A stretch of 64,000 nt of DNA from an uncultured Chloroflexia bacterium (lineage in GTDB: Bacteria; Chloroflexota; Limnocylindria; Limnocylindrales; CSP1-4): assembly GCA_963745405.1 (NCBI GenBank), contig CAVUWY010000002.1, forward strand, positions 2,005,013 to 2,069,012, read 5' to 3'. The notes below the pieces were generated by a model. The model had not been told where the DNA came from. It was given only the letters and a program-made list of their open reading frames with translations, and ran no database searches. Of the stretch, positions 19,308 through 29,031 are shown in pieces; the first letter of the stretch is position 1; every line of letters starts with the position of its first letter. The position numbers and the translations under genes are program-made.

Positions 19308-19763
19308 ATGAGGCCACCGATGATCCGCACTGCCGTTCTGATGATCGTTGCTCTGGTCGCCATGGCGGCCTGTGCGACTCAGTCCGGCGCACCAACGGCC
19401 ACAGCGACTGCAGTCAGGTCCCCCGTGGCCTCAACCTCGCCGAACGCCACCGGATCACCGCTGCCATCCGGTGGGATCTCCGAAGCGCGGGCAATCGACC
19501 TCGCTCGTAACCACAGTTCGCTCGCGACATTCGTATCCGCATCGGCAGGTTTCTTCCGCGATCTGAACATCGACCCCCACATCGGGCCCGGTTATCCCGT
19601 CAGCGGGGATCAGACCGTGTGGGCCGTCACGTTCACGGGTGAAGAGACCATCTGTGGTCCGGACGGGACATGCTTGTCCCCGCGTCCGGGCATGACCACC
19701 GTCTATCTCGACTATCTCACCGGGGACTACCTCAGCGCCGATGGGGCAGCGCCTGCGCCTTGA
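19308..19763 (+). CDS. Putative lipoprotein (islet cargo)
   Basis: Signal peptide with AMAAC lipobox. Lower-GC codons than the flanks. Confidence 0.5.
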   Translation: MRPPMIRTAVLMIVALVAMAACATQSGAPTATATAVRSPVASTSPNATGSPLPSGGISEARAIDLARNHSSLATFVSASAGFFRDLNIDPHIGPGYPVSGDQTVWAVTFTGEETICGPDGTCLSPRPGMTTVYLDYLTGDYLSADGAAPAP

Positions 19764-19953
19764 GCACGTTCCTGGTACCGCTCTCCGCGACCGTCGACAG
19801 GCGTTTCTTGCCGGGTCGATGGTGCGCGCCCGGACCTAACGGCGCGAAATGGTCGAGCACGAGGCGATATTCGGCGATTTTTCAGGCACGGATGGAGCGT
19901 GGCAAGACCTGTCGGCGGAATCTCTCCCCGGGTGGCGTGGAGGCGGTGACGGC

Positions 19954-20328
19954 GTGACGGGGGCTGAGCGGACCCGCCGCTGGCGGGCCAGAAAAAGAGC
20001 GGAATCCGCTGATTCGACCCGAATAAACCTCCATCTCCTCGGGCCCGCCGTGATAATGCCGGGGGTCCGCGGCGGGCCCGTGGCGAGAGGCGTCGAGGCG
20101 ACGATCCGGGCCCTCCGCCGGGCCGATCGCCTCGACGCCATCGACGCCGCGATCGTCGCGACTGCCCGGACCACCGGCGCTGCCCTCGACGCGGCTCCGG
20201 TCGCCTACCTGGCGGCGATCGCCCGCGTCCACCTGGCCGTCCTCGCCGTCCTCACCGGACGGGAGGCTCCGGCCAGCGACGAACTCGATCGCTTCCTCGC
20301 CTCGCTCCGGGAGGCGACGCCGGGCTAG
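19954..20328 (+). CDS. Hypothetical protein with basic N-terminus (AERTRRWRARKRA)
   Basis: In-frame GTG 19954 within ORF 19849..20328. Start uncertain. Confidence 0.35.
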   Translation: MTGAERTRRWRARKRAESADSTRINLHLLGPAVIMPGVRGGPVARGVEATIRALRRADRLDAIDAAIVATARTTGAALDAAPVAYLAAIARVHLAVLAVLTGREAPASDELDRFLASLREATPG

Positions 20329-20807
20329 GAGTCCTCCACGCGGAGCCGCTCGTTGACGATCGAGCGGGTGTGCCGGAGCCGACGGGCCATGACCTCGTCG
20401 CCGCGAAGCTCCGCCGACCGCGCCGCCAGGGCGAGCGCGCGATTGACCTCCTGCGTCTCGCGGACCTGCTGCAGCCGGGCAGCGGTCCGAAGGCCGAATG
20501 ACTCGGCCTCCCGAGCGCCGTGCTGATGCCGGTCGAGGTAGTCGGCGACGTCGTCCGAACGGTAGCGACGATGGCCCGCCGGTCCGACCACGTGGTAGGG
20601 GATGAGATCGGGTGACCATCGCCGGAGGGCGTTCTTGTGGACTCCGATAGCGGCGGCGGCCTCGCCGATCGAGAGGTCGCCGCGGAGGTCACCGACCCGG
20701 ATATGCGCCGCCACGGTTCCAGAGTGTATGTCGGCGCTGAGGCCGCGGAGCCGTGAGATTTCACGCGTAGACTCGTCGCACAGACGAGGCGCGAGCCGGT
20801 CGCCCAT
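20325..20807 (-). CDS. MerR/excisionase-type HTH DNA-binding protein (candidate Xis or repressor)
   Basis: LSIGEAAAAIGVHKNALRRW...GHRRYRSDDVADYL matches the excisionase-family HTH pattern. Alternative GTG start at 20714. Confidence 0.7.
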   Translation of the reverse strand: MGDRLAPRLCDESTREISRLRGLSADIHSGTVAAHIRVGDLRGDLSIGEAAAAIGVHKNALRRWSPDLIPYHVVGPAGHRRYRSDDVADYLDRHQHGAREAESFGLRTAARLQQVRETQEVNRALALAARSAELRGDEVMARRLRHTRSIVNERLRVEDS

Positions 20808-20855
20808 TCCTCGACCGGCCCGCTCGTCGCGACCTTGGACCACCACGAGGAAGGC

Positions 20856-20969
20856 ATGAACTGTCGCAACTGCCACGAGGCCATCAAGGTCAACAAGTCC
20901 GGGAAGCTGGTCCACGAGGCGACCGGGTCGATCTACTGCCAGAACAGCGGCAAGAAAGCCGAGCGCTAG
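20856..20969 (+). CDS. 37-aa CxxC micro-ORF (MNCRNCHEAIKVNKSGKLVHEATGSIYCQNSGKKAER)
   Basis: Below the ORF-track cutoff and found by reading. GAGG lies 5 nt upstream of the ATG. 34/36 codons end in G/C. It is divergent from the HTH gene and ends 35 nt upstream of the 351-aa ORF. Confidence 0.45.
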   Translation: MNCRNCHEAIKVNKSGKLVHEATGSIYCQNSGKKAER

Positions 20970-21004
20970 ACCGAGCCGATCAAGCCGTAGACGGAGAGTG
21001 ATCT

Positions 21005-22060
21005 TTGGGCCGTCGCCGACGTCACCGTGCGTTCTTCCTCATCGAGGGCCTTGGCGTCCCGGGTCCGTGGCGGATCGGTGTGACGACGATCCGGTCAGCA
21101 GCGTGGATGCGCGCCCACCTCGCCAGCGTCGCCGCCGCCTTTCCCGGGCACCTCCGTGACGATGTATGGAATCACGCTTTGACGGACGAGCCCGCGACGT
21201 CCGTCATCGAAGTGCCGTACGTGGGGACGTTCGCCCAGGCCACTGACGCGCTCCCTGAGCTAGTCGAGGTGGCGCGAGATGCCGTCGCCATCCTGCGACT
21301 CTTCCAGCGATCGCATTTCACGATGGACATGGAGTTTCAGGCGTTCGGGCTGCCGGATGATCGGACGAACTCCGTGTCTCACTACTGGTTGACGGATTCA
21401 TCGGGCTTTAAGGCAGCGGGAACCGGCTGGGCTGGTGGCCCCGCGCCCTTCACATTTCGCCCTGGGCATCAACGCGCGTTCTATGCCGATGCTCGGTTCC
21501 GTTATCTAGGTGAGGCACTGTCAGCGCCGGACGTGTCTCGGACGGAATGGCAACGGCAGCTCCTCCGAGCGGTGCGGTCGATGCACGTCGCACAGGCGAG
21601 TCCGCGGCCATCAAGCAAGGTCATCGCCTACGCGGTGGCGCTGGAGGCGGCGTTCGGCGACGGGCCGGGTTTCAAGCGCAAGAAGGGCGATGGAAGCGAG
21701 GGGTTCCGTATCGCCCGACGGGCCGCCATGGTCAGCTGTCGAGGCGAAGGCATCCCGCGACACGGATCGGGCCGTCCTGCGTGCGACATTCTCCTAGCGA
21801 CGAGTGATGACGACCTGCGGAAGCGCCTAGCCGACCACGGCGGTCGATGCTCAGCCTATGAGAACGCCAGGGGAACCACCTTCGCGCGCAACGCCGCGCT
21901 CCACGAGGCCGAGGATGGGTTCGACGAGTCGGACATCCGAATGATGCGAACGCGGACCGATGACGCGATCCTTTCGGCTATCGAGTGGGTCATCGAAGCG
22001 GGGGCCGAGAACATCGCCGACCTCGACGAGGCCATGGACTCGGTCCCGAGACCGATTTAG
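21005..22060 (+). CDS. Orphan 351-aa protein with two R-x4-6-H (HEPN-like) motifs
   Basis: TTG start 6 nt after GGAGAG (alternative starts GTG 21080, ATG 21107). RAVRSMH at 21566-21586 and RNAALH at 21887-21904. Lower GC than the flanks. Confidence 0.6.
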   Translation: MGRRRRHRAFFLIEGLGVPGPWRIGVTTIRSAAWMRAHLASVAAAFPGHLRDDVWNHALTDEPATSVIEVPYVGTFAQATDALPELVEVARDAVAILRLFQRSHFTMDMEFQAFGLPDDRTNSVSHYWLTDSSGFKAAGTGWAGGPAPFTFRPGHQRAFYADARFRYLGEALSAPDVSRTEWQRQLLRAVRSMHVAQASPRPSSKVIAYAVALEAAFGDGPGFKRKKGDGSEGFRIARRAAMVSCRGEGIPRHGSGRPACDILLATSDDDLRKRLADHGGRCSAYENARGTTFARNAALHEAEDGFDESDIRMMRTRTDDAILSAIEWVIEAGAENIADLDEAMDSVPRPI

Positions 22061-22210
22061 GCCGGATTACGGTCGTACCATTCCCTCGCGGTTAGGCATA
22101 GCCGCCGGGGCTCGCGGCCACTGGTCGCGGGCCCGCTGATTCCGAGCGACAAACTGGACAAATTCCGGGTGTGTCGCCACGCTCGCGGGCATAGCAGAGC
22201 GACACCGTGA

Positions 22211-22256
<46 letters not shown>

Positions 22257-22373
22257 GTTCCCCTCCGCGTCGAAGACGACCTCGATCGAGGCGCGCCGAG
22301 CGCGATCCCGAACGGCGGGCGGATGCGCGGGGACTATCATCGCCGCCTCGCACCTCGGGAAGGGAGGACGACG

Positions 22374-22991
22374 GTGACTGACTACAACGAGCAGTTCGAC
22401 AACACCGAGGCCTCGTACGACGAGACCGATGCGGAACGGCTGCGGCAGGAGGCGAAGGCCAGCCTCGACAGCGCCAAGAGCCAGTTCGACGCTGTATCGA
22501 CCGACCCGCAGCGCGGTCATCCCGAGGACGCGAGCCGCCACCTGCAAGGTGGGATGGACGACCTCCAGGAGGGGATGGACGCCGGCGTCCGGGCCGACCA
22601 GCTCGACCAGGCGGCGGGCCTCCACGCCGCGTCGACGGAGACGTTCCACGAACGCGACGACGCTCGAGACGCCGCCGGGCGGGAGCACATCGCGGCCGAG
22701 GGCGCCGACATGGTCCTCGACTTCACCGACATGTCGGAGGCGGACAAGACGAAGTGGCTCGCCGAGAAGGGTGCTCGTGAAGGCGCGGCCCAGGCCCTCG
22801 ACGATCGGGACGACGCGCTCACCGAGCGGGGGATCGACCAGCGCCATGAGGCGAGCCAGCTCGAGGACGAGGCTCGCTCCGGGCTGCCCGGCCACTCCTG
22901 GGAGGAAGACAAGTACCGGGGGACCCCGGGTGGACCGGCGACCGATCCGACGGCGGGGACGCCGTCCGACGACGGGACGCCGCTGGAGTAG
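22374..22991 (+). CDS. Hypothetical acidic, helical protein
   Basis: GTG 22374 after GGGAAGGGAGG. Asp/Glu-rich. No domain recognised. Confidence 0.45.
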   Translation: MTDYNEQFDNTEASYDETDAERLRQEAKASLDSAKSQFDAVSTDPQRGHPEDASRHLQGGMDDLQEGMDAGVRADQLDQAAGLHAASTETFHERDDARDAAGREHIAAEGADMVLDFTDMSEADKTKWLAEKGAREGAAQALDDRDDALTERGIDQRHEASQLEDEARSGLPGHSWEEDKYRGTPGGPATDPTAGTPSDDGTPLE

Positions 22992-23058
22992 CTCCGCCTC
23001 GCGGAGCCGTTCCCGCTCGGTCGATGGTGTCGCTGGCGGCGACGGCTACGATGCGTCC

Positions 23059-24813
23059 ATGCACGGATCGAAGGCCGGCGACGACTCAGCCGCGGCGTCA
23101 CGGCTCGCGCACGATCCCGACGCGCTCGTCGAGACGATCCGCGCCTCCGTCATCGGCGATGACGAGGCGGTCGCGGGCCCGTTCGGCGTGCGGCGGGTCA
23201 CCTACGCCGACTACACGGCATCGGGCCGCTCGCTGACCTTCATCGAGGACTACATCCGCGACGCGGTCCTGCCGCTTTACGCGAACACCCACACCGAGTC
23301 GTCGGGGACCGGGCTCCAGACGACCCGCTTCCGCGAGGAGGCCCGAGAGACGATCCGCCGGTCGGTCGGCGGAAGCCCCGACCACGCCGTCATCTTCACC
23401 GGCTCGGGCTCCACATCGGCCGTCAACAAGCTCGTCCTGGCGATGGGCCTGCGCATCCCGGCCGAGCTCGACGAGCGCTACGGCCTGTCCGAGCGGATCC
23501 CCGAGGGGGAGCGGCCGGTCGTCTTCGTCGGGCCGTTCGAGCATCACAGCAACGAGCTGCCGTGGCGCGAGTCGATCGCCGACGTCGTCGTCATCCACGA
23601 GGACGCCGACGGCCACATCGATCGGGTCCACCTGGCCGAGGAGTTGCGGCGCTACGCCGACCGGCCACTCCGCATCGGCAGCTTCACCGCCGCCTCGAAC
23701 GTGACCGGCATCGTCTCCGACACGTACGGCATCGCCCGCCTCCTCCACGAGCACGGGGCGCTGTCGTTCTGGGACTTCGCGGCCGCGGCGCCGTACGTCG
23801 AGATCGAGATGGACCCGCCGGGCGACCCGCTCGCCTACAAGGACGCGATCTTCATCTCGCCCCACAAGTTCATCGGCGGACCGGGCACGCCGGGCGTCCT
23901 CGTCGCCCGTCGCGAGCTGTTCCGGAACCGGGTCCCGACGCTCCCCGGCGGCGGCACGGTCGCGTACGTGAACCCGACCGAGCACGTCTACCTCGACGAC
24001 ATCGAGCATCGCGAGGAGGGCGGCACGCCGGCCATCGTCGAATCGATCCGGGCCGGTCTCGTGTTCGGCTCAAGGAGGCCGTCGGCGTCGAGGCCATCCG
24101 GGATCGCGAGGAGTCGTTCATCCGGCGGGCCATCGAGCGCTGGGACGCCCATCCCGACATCGAGATCCTCGGCAATCACTCCGCCGAACGGCTGTCGATC
24201 GTGAGCTTCATCATCCGCCACGACGGCCGCTACCTCCACCACAACCTCGTCGTGGCGCTGCTCAACGACCTGTTCGGCATCCAGTCGCGCGGCGGCTGCT
24301 CGTGCGCCGGTCCATACGGCCATCGCCTGCTCGGCATCGACATCGAGACCTCGCACGAGTTCGAGCGCGAGATCTCGCGCGGCTGCGAGGGCATCAAGCC
24401 CGGCTGGGTCCGGGTCAACTTCAACTACTTCATCAGCGAGACGGTCTTCGAGTTCATCCTCGACGCGGTCGAGCTCATCGCCAGCGACGGCTGGCGGCTC
24501 ATGCCGCAGTACGCGCTTCGAGCCGGCGACGGGCCTGTGGCGCCATGCCGGCGTGGCGGTCGAGGCGCCGCTGTCGCTCCACGACATCCGCTACGACGAG
24601 GGCCGGATGACGTACGCGGCCCACCGCCACCGAGAGCCCGAATCGCGGCTCGCCGACTACCTGGCCGAGGCGCGCAGGCTTGTCACCGCCTCGCCGCAGC
24701 CGTTGGCCGCGGCGGTCGAGGGCTCGGCCTCACTCGCGGTCGGCCCCGACTTCGAATCGCTGCGCTGGTTCTGGCTGCCGCACGAGGTCGCGGCGCGGGT
24801 GGCCTCGGCCTAG
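23059..24813 (+). pseudogene. Class-V aminotransferase / cysteine-desulfurase-like PLP enzyme disrupted by two frameshifts
   Basis: The conserved sequence runs in frame 1 to ~24066, in frame 0 from ~24069 to ~24512, then in frame 1 from 24514 to the stop at 24813. Read in the original frame, a stop occurs at 24204. Confidence 0.7.
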
Positions 24814-25217
24814 ATCTCGGAGCCGCAGGCCCTGCACTTCGTCGCCTCGACCGCGTTCGGCTCCCTGCAGAAGGGGCAGTCCTTGTGGGGCGCCTCTTCC
24901 TCCTCGCGGATGAACATCTTGCCGAGCATGAAGGCGACGAAGGCGACGATCACGAACACGATGAGCGTGTTGATGAAGGCGCCCCACAGGATCGCGACCT
25001 CGGGGACCGGCTTGCCGCTCGAGTCGATCGAGGCCGACTTGAGGACGATCTTGAGGTCGGAGAAGTCCACCCCGCCGAGGATGTAGCCGATCGGCGGCAT
25101 GATGATGCCGTTGACGAGCGAGTTGACGACCGTCCCGAGGGCGGCCCCGATGATGACGCCGATGGCCAGGGCGAGTGCGTTCGACTTGACCAGGAACCCT
25201 CGGAACTCGGACAGCAT
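24810..25217 (-). CDS. mscL: Large-conductance mechanosensitive channel with C-terminal zinc-ribbon tail
   Basis: MLSEFRGFL...AIGVIIGAA...IMPPIG MscL signature. The tail is CPFC-x11-CRAC. Confidence 0.85.
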   Translation of the reverse strand: MLSEFRGFLVKSNALALAIGVIIGAALGTVVNSLVNGIIMPPIGYILGGVDFSDLKIVLKSASIDSSGKPVPEVAILWGAFINTLIVFVIVAFVAFMLGKMFIREEEEAPHKDCPFCREPNAVEATKCRACGSEI

Positions 25218-25307
25218 TCCACTCCCTCCTGCGTGCGGCGCCTCTGTCGAGCGGATGGTGCGTCAGCGGTCCCGGCCGCCGCAACCCGGGCGCCGGCGTC
25301 GCCCGGC

Positions 25308-26090
25308 CTATCCCTCCGGGAGGGGCACCCCGAGGACGTTGAAGCCGCCGTCGACGTAGATGACCTCGCCCGTCACGGCCGACGAGAGGTCCGAGGCCAG
25401 GTACAGGGCGGTCTTGCCGACGTCCTCGATCGTGATGTTCGAGCGGAGCGGGGTCACCGAGGCGAAGGTGCCGTACATCGACTTGAAGCCGCTGATGCCG
25501 GCCGCGGCGAGGGTCCGGATCGGGCCCGCAGAGATGGCGTTGACCCGGATGCCGTCCGGGCCGAGGTCGGCGGCCAGGTAGCGGACCGACGCCTCGAGGG
25601 CGGCCTTGGCGACCCCCATGACGTTGTAGTTGGCAACGACCTTCTCGGCGCCGTAGTAGCTGAGCGTCATCACGCTCGAACCGGGGTGGAGGAGCGGTCG
25701 CGCCTCCCGGACGAGGGCGACGAGCGAGTAGGCGGAGACGTCGAGGGCGAGGGTGAAGCCATCGCGCGACGTGTCGACGAACGCGCCTTCGAGGTCCTCC
25801 CGCTTGGCGAAGGCGAGAGCGTGGACGAGGATGTCGAGGTCGCCATGGGCGTCGCGCCAGCGGTCGAAGACCCGCTTGACCTGCTCGTCCGACTGGACGT
25901 CGCACGGCTCGACGAAAGTCGACCCGAGACGCTCGGCGAGCGGGCGGACCCGCCGGTCGATGAGGCTCTCGACCGACGAGAAGCCGATCGATGCCCCTTC
26001 GGCGTGGAGGGCCTGGGCGATGCCCCAGGCGATCGAGTGGTCGTTCGCCACGCCGAAGATGAGGGCCTTCCGGCCGTCGAGCATGCCCAT
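25308..26090 (-). CDS. fabI: Enoyl-[acyl-carrier-protein] reductase (NADH)
   Basis: Full-length SDR of FabI type (GVANDHSIAWGIA..., YYGAEKVVANYNVMGVAKAALE). Confidence 0.9.
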   Translation of the reverse strand: MGMLDGRKALIFGVANDHSIAWGIAQALHAEGASIGFSSVESLIDRRVRPLAERLGSTFVEPCDVQSDEQVKRVFDRWRDAHGDLDILVHALAFAKREDLEGAFVDTSRDGFTLALDVSAYSLVALVREARPLLHPGSSVMTLSYYGAEKVVANYNVMGVAKAALEASVRYLAADLGPDGIRVNAISAGPIRTLAAAGISGFKSMYGTFASVTPLRSNITIEDVGKTALYLASDLSSAVTGEVIYVDGGFNVLGVPLPEG

Positions 26091-26331
26091 CGGGGGAGGC
26101 CTCCTCTCGTCTCCGTCTCGTGGGGCAGGATAGCGTCCGGCCGACCCCGGCCGTCGGCCGCGTCAGGGCCCTCCGGGGGTCGGGTCATGACCTCGACGGT
26201 ACCTTCGTCCGGTGCATCGAAGCGTCGCGGGGTGACATCAAGGGCATGCGCAGGAGCGCGCGGCGCGGTACGCTGCCCCTACTGATGTCGACCGTCATGT
26301 CGTCCGTCGCCGCACCGCCCGGTGGGGATCG

Positions 26332-27309
26332 ATGAGCCCGCTTTCGCCGCGAAAGGCCGCCCAGGCCGCCCCGCAACAGGAGCGCCGAGCCGCGCCCCGC
26401 CCGGCACCGCGTCGTCCCGCGACGCCGGCCGCCCCGGCGACCCGTCCGTCGCCCGGAGCGCTCGCGGGCGTCCGCGGTCTGCTGCTCGACCTCGATGGCG
26501 TCCTCATCCTCCAGGGCGCGGCCATCGCCGGCGCGCCGGAGGCGATCGCCGAGCTGGATCGGCGGGGCCTGCCGTATCGCGTCGTCACCAACACGTCGCT
26601 CGTGAGCCGCACCTCGCTGTCCTCGTGGTGCATGCGGGTCGGCCTGCGGATCCCGCCGGGTCGGATCATGTCGGCGCTCTCGGCGAGCGCGGCGTACACC
26701 GCCCGGGCCTACCCCGACCGGCCGATCTTCGTCATCGCCTCGGACGACGCCCGGACCGAGTTCGCCGGCCAGCACCTCCTCACCGCGGCCGAGGCCGACG
26801 CGAAGCGGGCCGAGGCCGCCGCGGTCGTGATCGGCGACTCGCCCGAGGAAGCCACCTACGCCAACCTCAACCGGGCGTTCCGCCTCATCCGCGGCGGCGC
26901 CCAGCTCATCGGCATGCACAAGAACCGCTGGTGGCTGACGCCGGCCGGCCCGACCCTCGACTCCGGCGCATTCGTGGCCGGCCTCGAGTTCGCCGCCTCG
27001 GTCAACGCCCTCGTCCTCGGCAAGCCGTCGCCGGCCTTCTTCCGGGAAGCGGCTGCGGCGCTGCGGGCCGAGGTCGGTGCGACGGGCAAGCCGGTCCGCA
27101 GCAGCGGCCGGGCTGATCTGGCGATGGTCGGCGACGACCTGTGGACCGATGTCCTCGCCGCCCAGCGGCTGGGGCTCCGCGGCGTGTTCGTCCTATCCGG
27201 CAAGCACGGTGAGGAGGACCTCGCCAGGGCGGCCCAGGCCGGCCGTGGCGGCGGCGTCCCCGACCTTGTGGCGGCTTCCATGACCGAGGTCGTCGCCGCG
27301 CTAGACTAG
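26332..27309 (+). CDS. HAD-superfamily subfamily IIA hydrolase with Pro/Ala-rich N-terminal extension
   Basis: LLLDLDGVL motif I, VTNTS motif II, GDDLWTDV motif IV. Confidence 0.75.
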   Translation: MSPLSPRKAAQAAPQQERRAAPRPAPRRPATPAAPATRPSPGALAGVRGLLLDLDGVLILQGAAIAGAPEAIAELDRRGLPYRVVTNTSLVSRTSLSSWCMRVGLRIPPGRIMSALSASAAYTARAYPDRPIFVIASDDARTEFAGQHLLTAAEADAKRAEAAAVVIGDSPEEATYANLNRAFRLIRGGAQLIGMHKNRWWLTPAGPTLDSGAFVAGLEFAASVNALVLGKPSPAFFREAAAALRAEVGATGKPVRSSGRADLAMVGDDLWTDVLAAQRLGLRGVFVLSGKHGEEDLARAAQAGRGGGVPDLVAASMTEVVAALD

Positions 27310-27417
27310 GGTCGACGACCCTCGGAGCCGCCCGCGATCGACCGACCGGCACGGACCGGTCCGACCCACCGGCGAGGTCCGGCTCACGCGCCTCCGACGC
27401 ACCGCAGGAGCACGCCG

Positions 27418-28998
27418 ATGACGACCGACGCCGCGCCGCGTCTCAAGATCACCTACGCCACGCTTCGCAACGACAACGACCAGCTCCACGCCCAGTTCGA
27501 GGCAGGGCTCGAGACCGTCCGTCGTTCGCTCCTCGGCGGGCATCACCGCAACTTCGTGGGCGGCGCCGAGCGCGATGGCGACGGCACGTTCGAGAAGCGC
27601 TCGCCGATCGACCGCTCGGTCATGGGCACGTTCGCGAAGGGGACGCGTGAGGACGTCCGGGACGCGGTCGCGGCGGCCCGCGATGCCTTCCCGGCCTGGA
27701 GCCGTCGCCCCTGGCAGGAGCGAGTTGCGCTCCTCCGCAAGGTCGCCGACGCGATAAGCGAGCGGCAGATGGAGTTCAGCGCCCTGCTCTCGATGGAGGT
27801 CGGCAAGAACCGCCTCGAGGCGCTCGGCGACGTCGAGGAGACGGCCGATCTCATCCGCTGGTCGTGCGACATGATGGAACGCAACCACGGCTTCGACGAC
27901 GTGATGGGCAACCTCGGCGACGAGACGGTCCATACCCGCTCGGTCCTGCGGCCGTACGGGGTCTGGGGCGTCATCAGCCCCTTCAACTTCCCCTTCGCCC
28001 TGTCCGGCGGCCCGGCCGGCGGCGCGCTCGTGGCCGGCAACACGGTCGTCTACAAGCCCTCCTCCGACGCCCCCATCTCCGGCCAGTGCCTCCTCCAGGC
28101 GATGCGGGCGGCCGGCATCCCCGACGGCGTCTTCAACCTCGTGGCCGGTCCGGGCGAGACCGTCGGTGCCGAGATCCAGGAGAACGAGGGAGTCGACGGG
28201 GTGATCTTCACCGGCTCGTTCGAGGTCGGCTGGCACCTCTACAAGAACTTCGCCAAGCGCTACCCGAAGCCGGTCATCGTCGAGATGGGCGGCAAGAACC
28301 CGGCGATCGTCTCCCGGCATGCCGACCTCGACGAGGCGGCCGAGGGCGTGATGCGCTCGGCATTCGGCTTCTCCGGCCAGAAGTGCTCGGCCAACAGCCG
28401 GGTCTACGTCGAGCGGCCCGTCCTCGCCGAGTTCACCCGCCGGCTCGTCGAGAAGACCGAGGCGATCACCATCGGGGACCCGGTCGACCGGAAGAACTGG
28501 CTCGGCCCGGTCATCAACGAGCGGGCGACCGAGCGCTACGACAGCGCGGTCGCCGAGGCGCGACGCGACGGGCGCGTCCTCATCGGCGGCGAACGGGTGA
28601 CCGAAGACGGCCTCGATGCTGGGTACTTCGTGGCCCCGACGGTGGTCGGCGACCTGCCGACGGACCACCGCCTGTTCCGCGACGAGCTGTTCGTCCCGTT
28701 CACCGCGGTCGCCGCGGTCGATTCGATCGAGGAGGCGCTCCGCCTCTCCAACGCCGTCGACCTCGGCCTGACGGCCGGGTTCTACTCCGAGGACAAGGCC
28801 GAGTGCGATCGGTTCCTCGACGGGATCGAGGCCGGCGTCGTCTATGTGAACCGGCGGGCCGGCGCCACGACCGGCGCCTGGCCGGGCATCCAGCCGTTCG
28901 GCGGCTGGAAGGGCTCGACGGCGACCGGCAAGGCCGGCGGCGGCTTCTATTACGTCCAGCAGTTCATGCGCGAGCAGAGCCAGACCGTCGTCGACTGA
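27418..28998 (+). CDS. Aldehyde dehydrogenase, L-glutamate gamma-semialdehyde (P5C) dehydrogenase-like
   Basis: 526-aa ALDH with catalytic EMGGKN and FGFSGQKCSA motifs. Confidence 0.8.
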   Translation: MTTDAAPRLKITYATLRNDNDQLHAQFEAGLETVRRSLLGGHHRNFVGGAERDGDGTFEKRSPIDRSVMGTFAKGTREDVRDAVAAARDAFPAWSRRPWQERVALLRKVADAISERQMEFSALLSMEVGKNRLEALGDVEETADLIRWSCDMMERNHGFDDVMGNLGDETVHTRSVLRPYGVWGVISPFNFPFALSGGPAGGALVAGNTVVYKPSSDAPISGQCLLQAMRAAGIPDGVFNLVAGPGETVGAEIQENEGVDGVIFTGSFEVGWHLYKNFAKRYPKPVIVEMGGKNPAIVSRHADLDEAAEGVMRSAFGFSGQKCSANSRVYVERPVLAEFTRRLVEKTEAITIGDPVDRKNWLGPVINERATERYDSAVAEARRDGRVLIGGERVTEDGLDAGYFVAPTVVGDLPTDHRLFRDELFVPFTAVAAVDSIEEALRLSNAVDLGLTAGFYSEDKAECDRFLDGIEAGVVYVNRRAGATTGAWPGIQPFGGWKGSTATGKAGGGFYYVQQFMREQSQTVVD

Positions 28999-29031
28999 CC
29001 GGTCCGCCCGCGGGCGGCGTACGGGCGCGAC

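Noticed and set aside
23562-26285. 907-aa plus-strand ORF
   Set aside because: It is a composite. Its first part is one frame of the frameshifted aminotransferase, and the rest is antisense to mscL and fabI.
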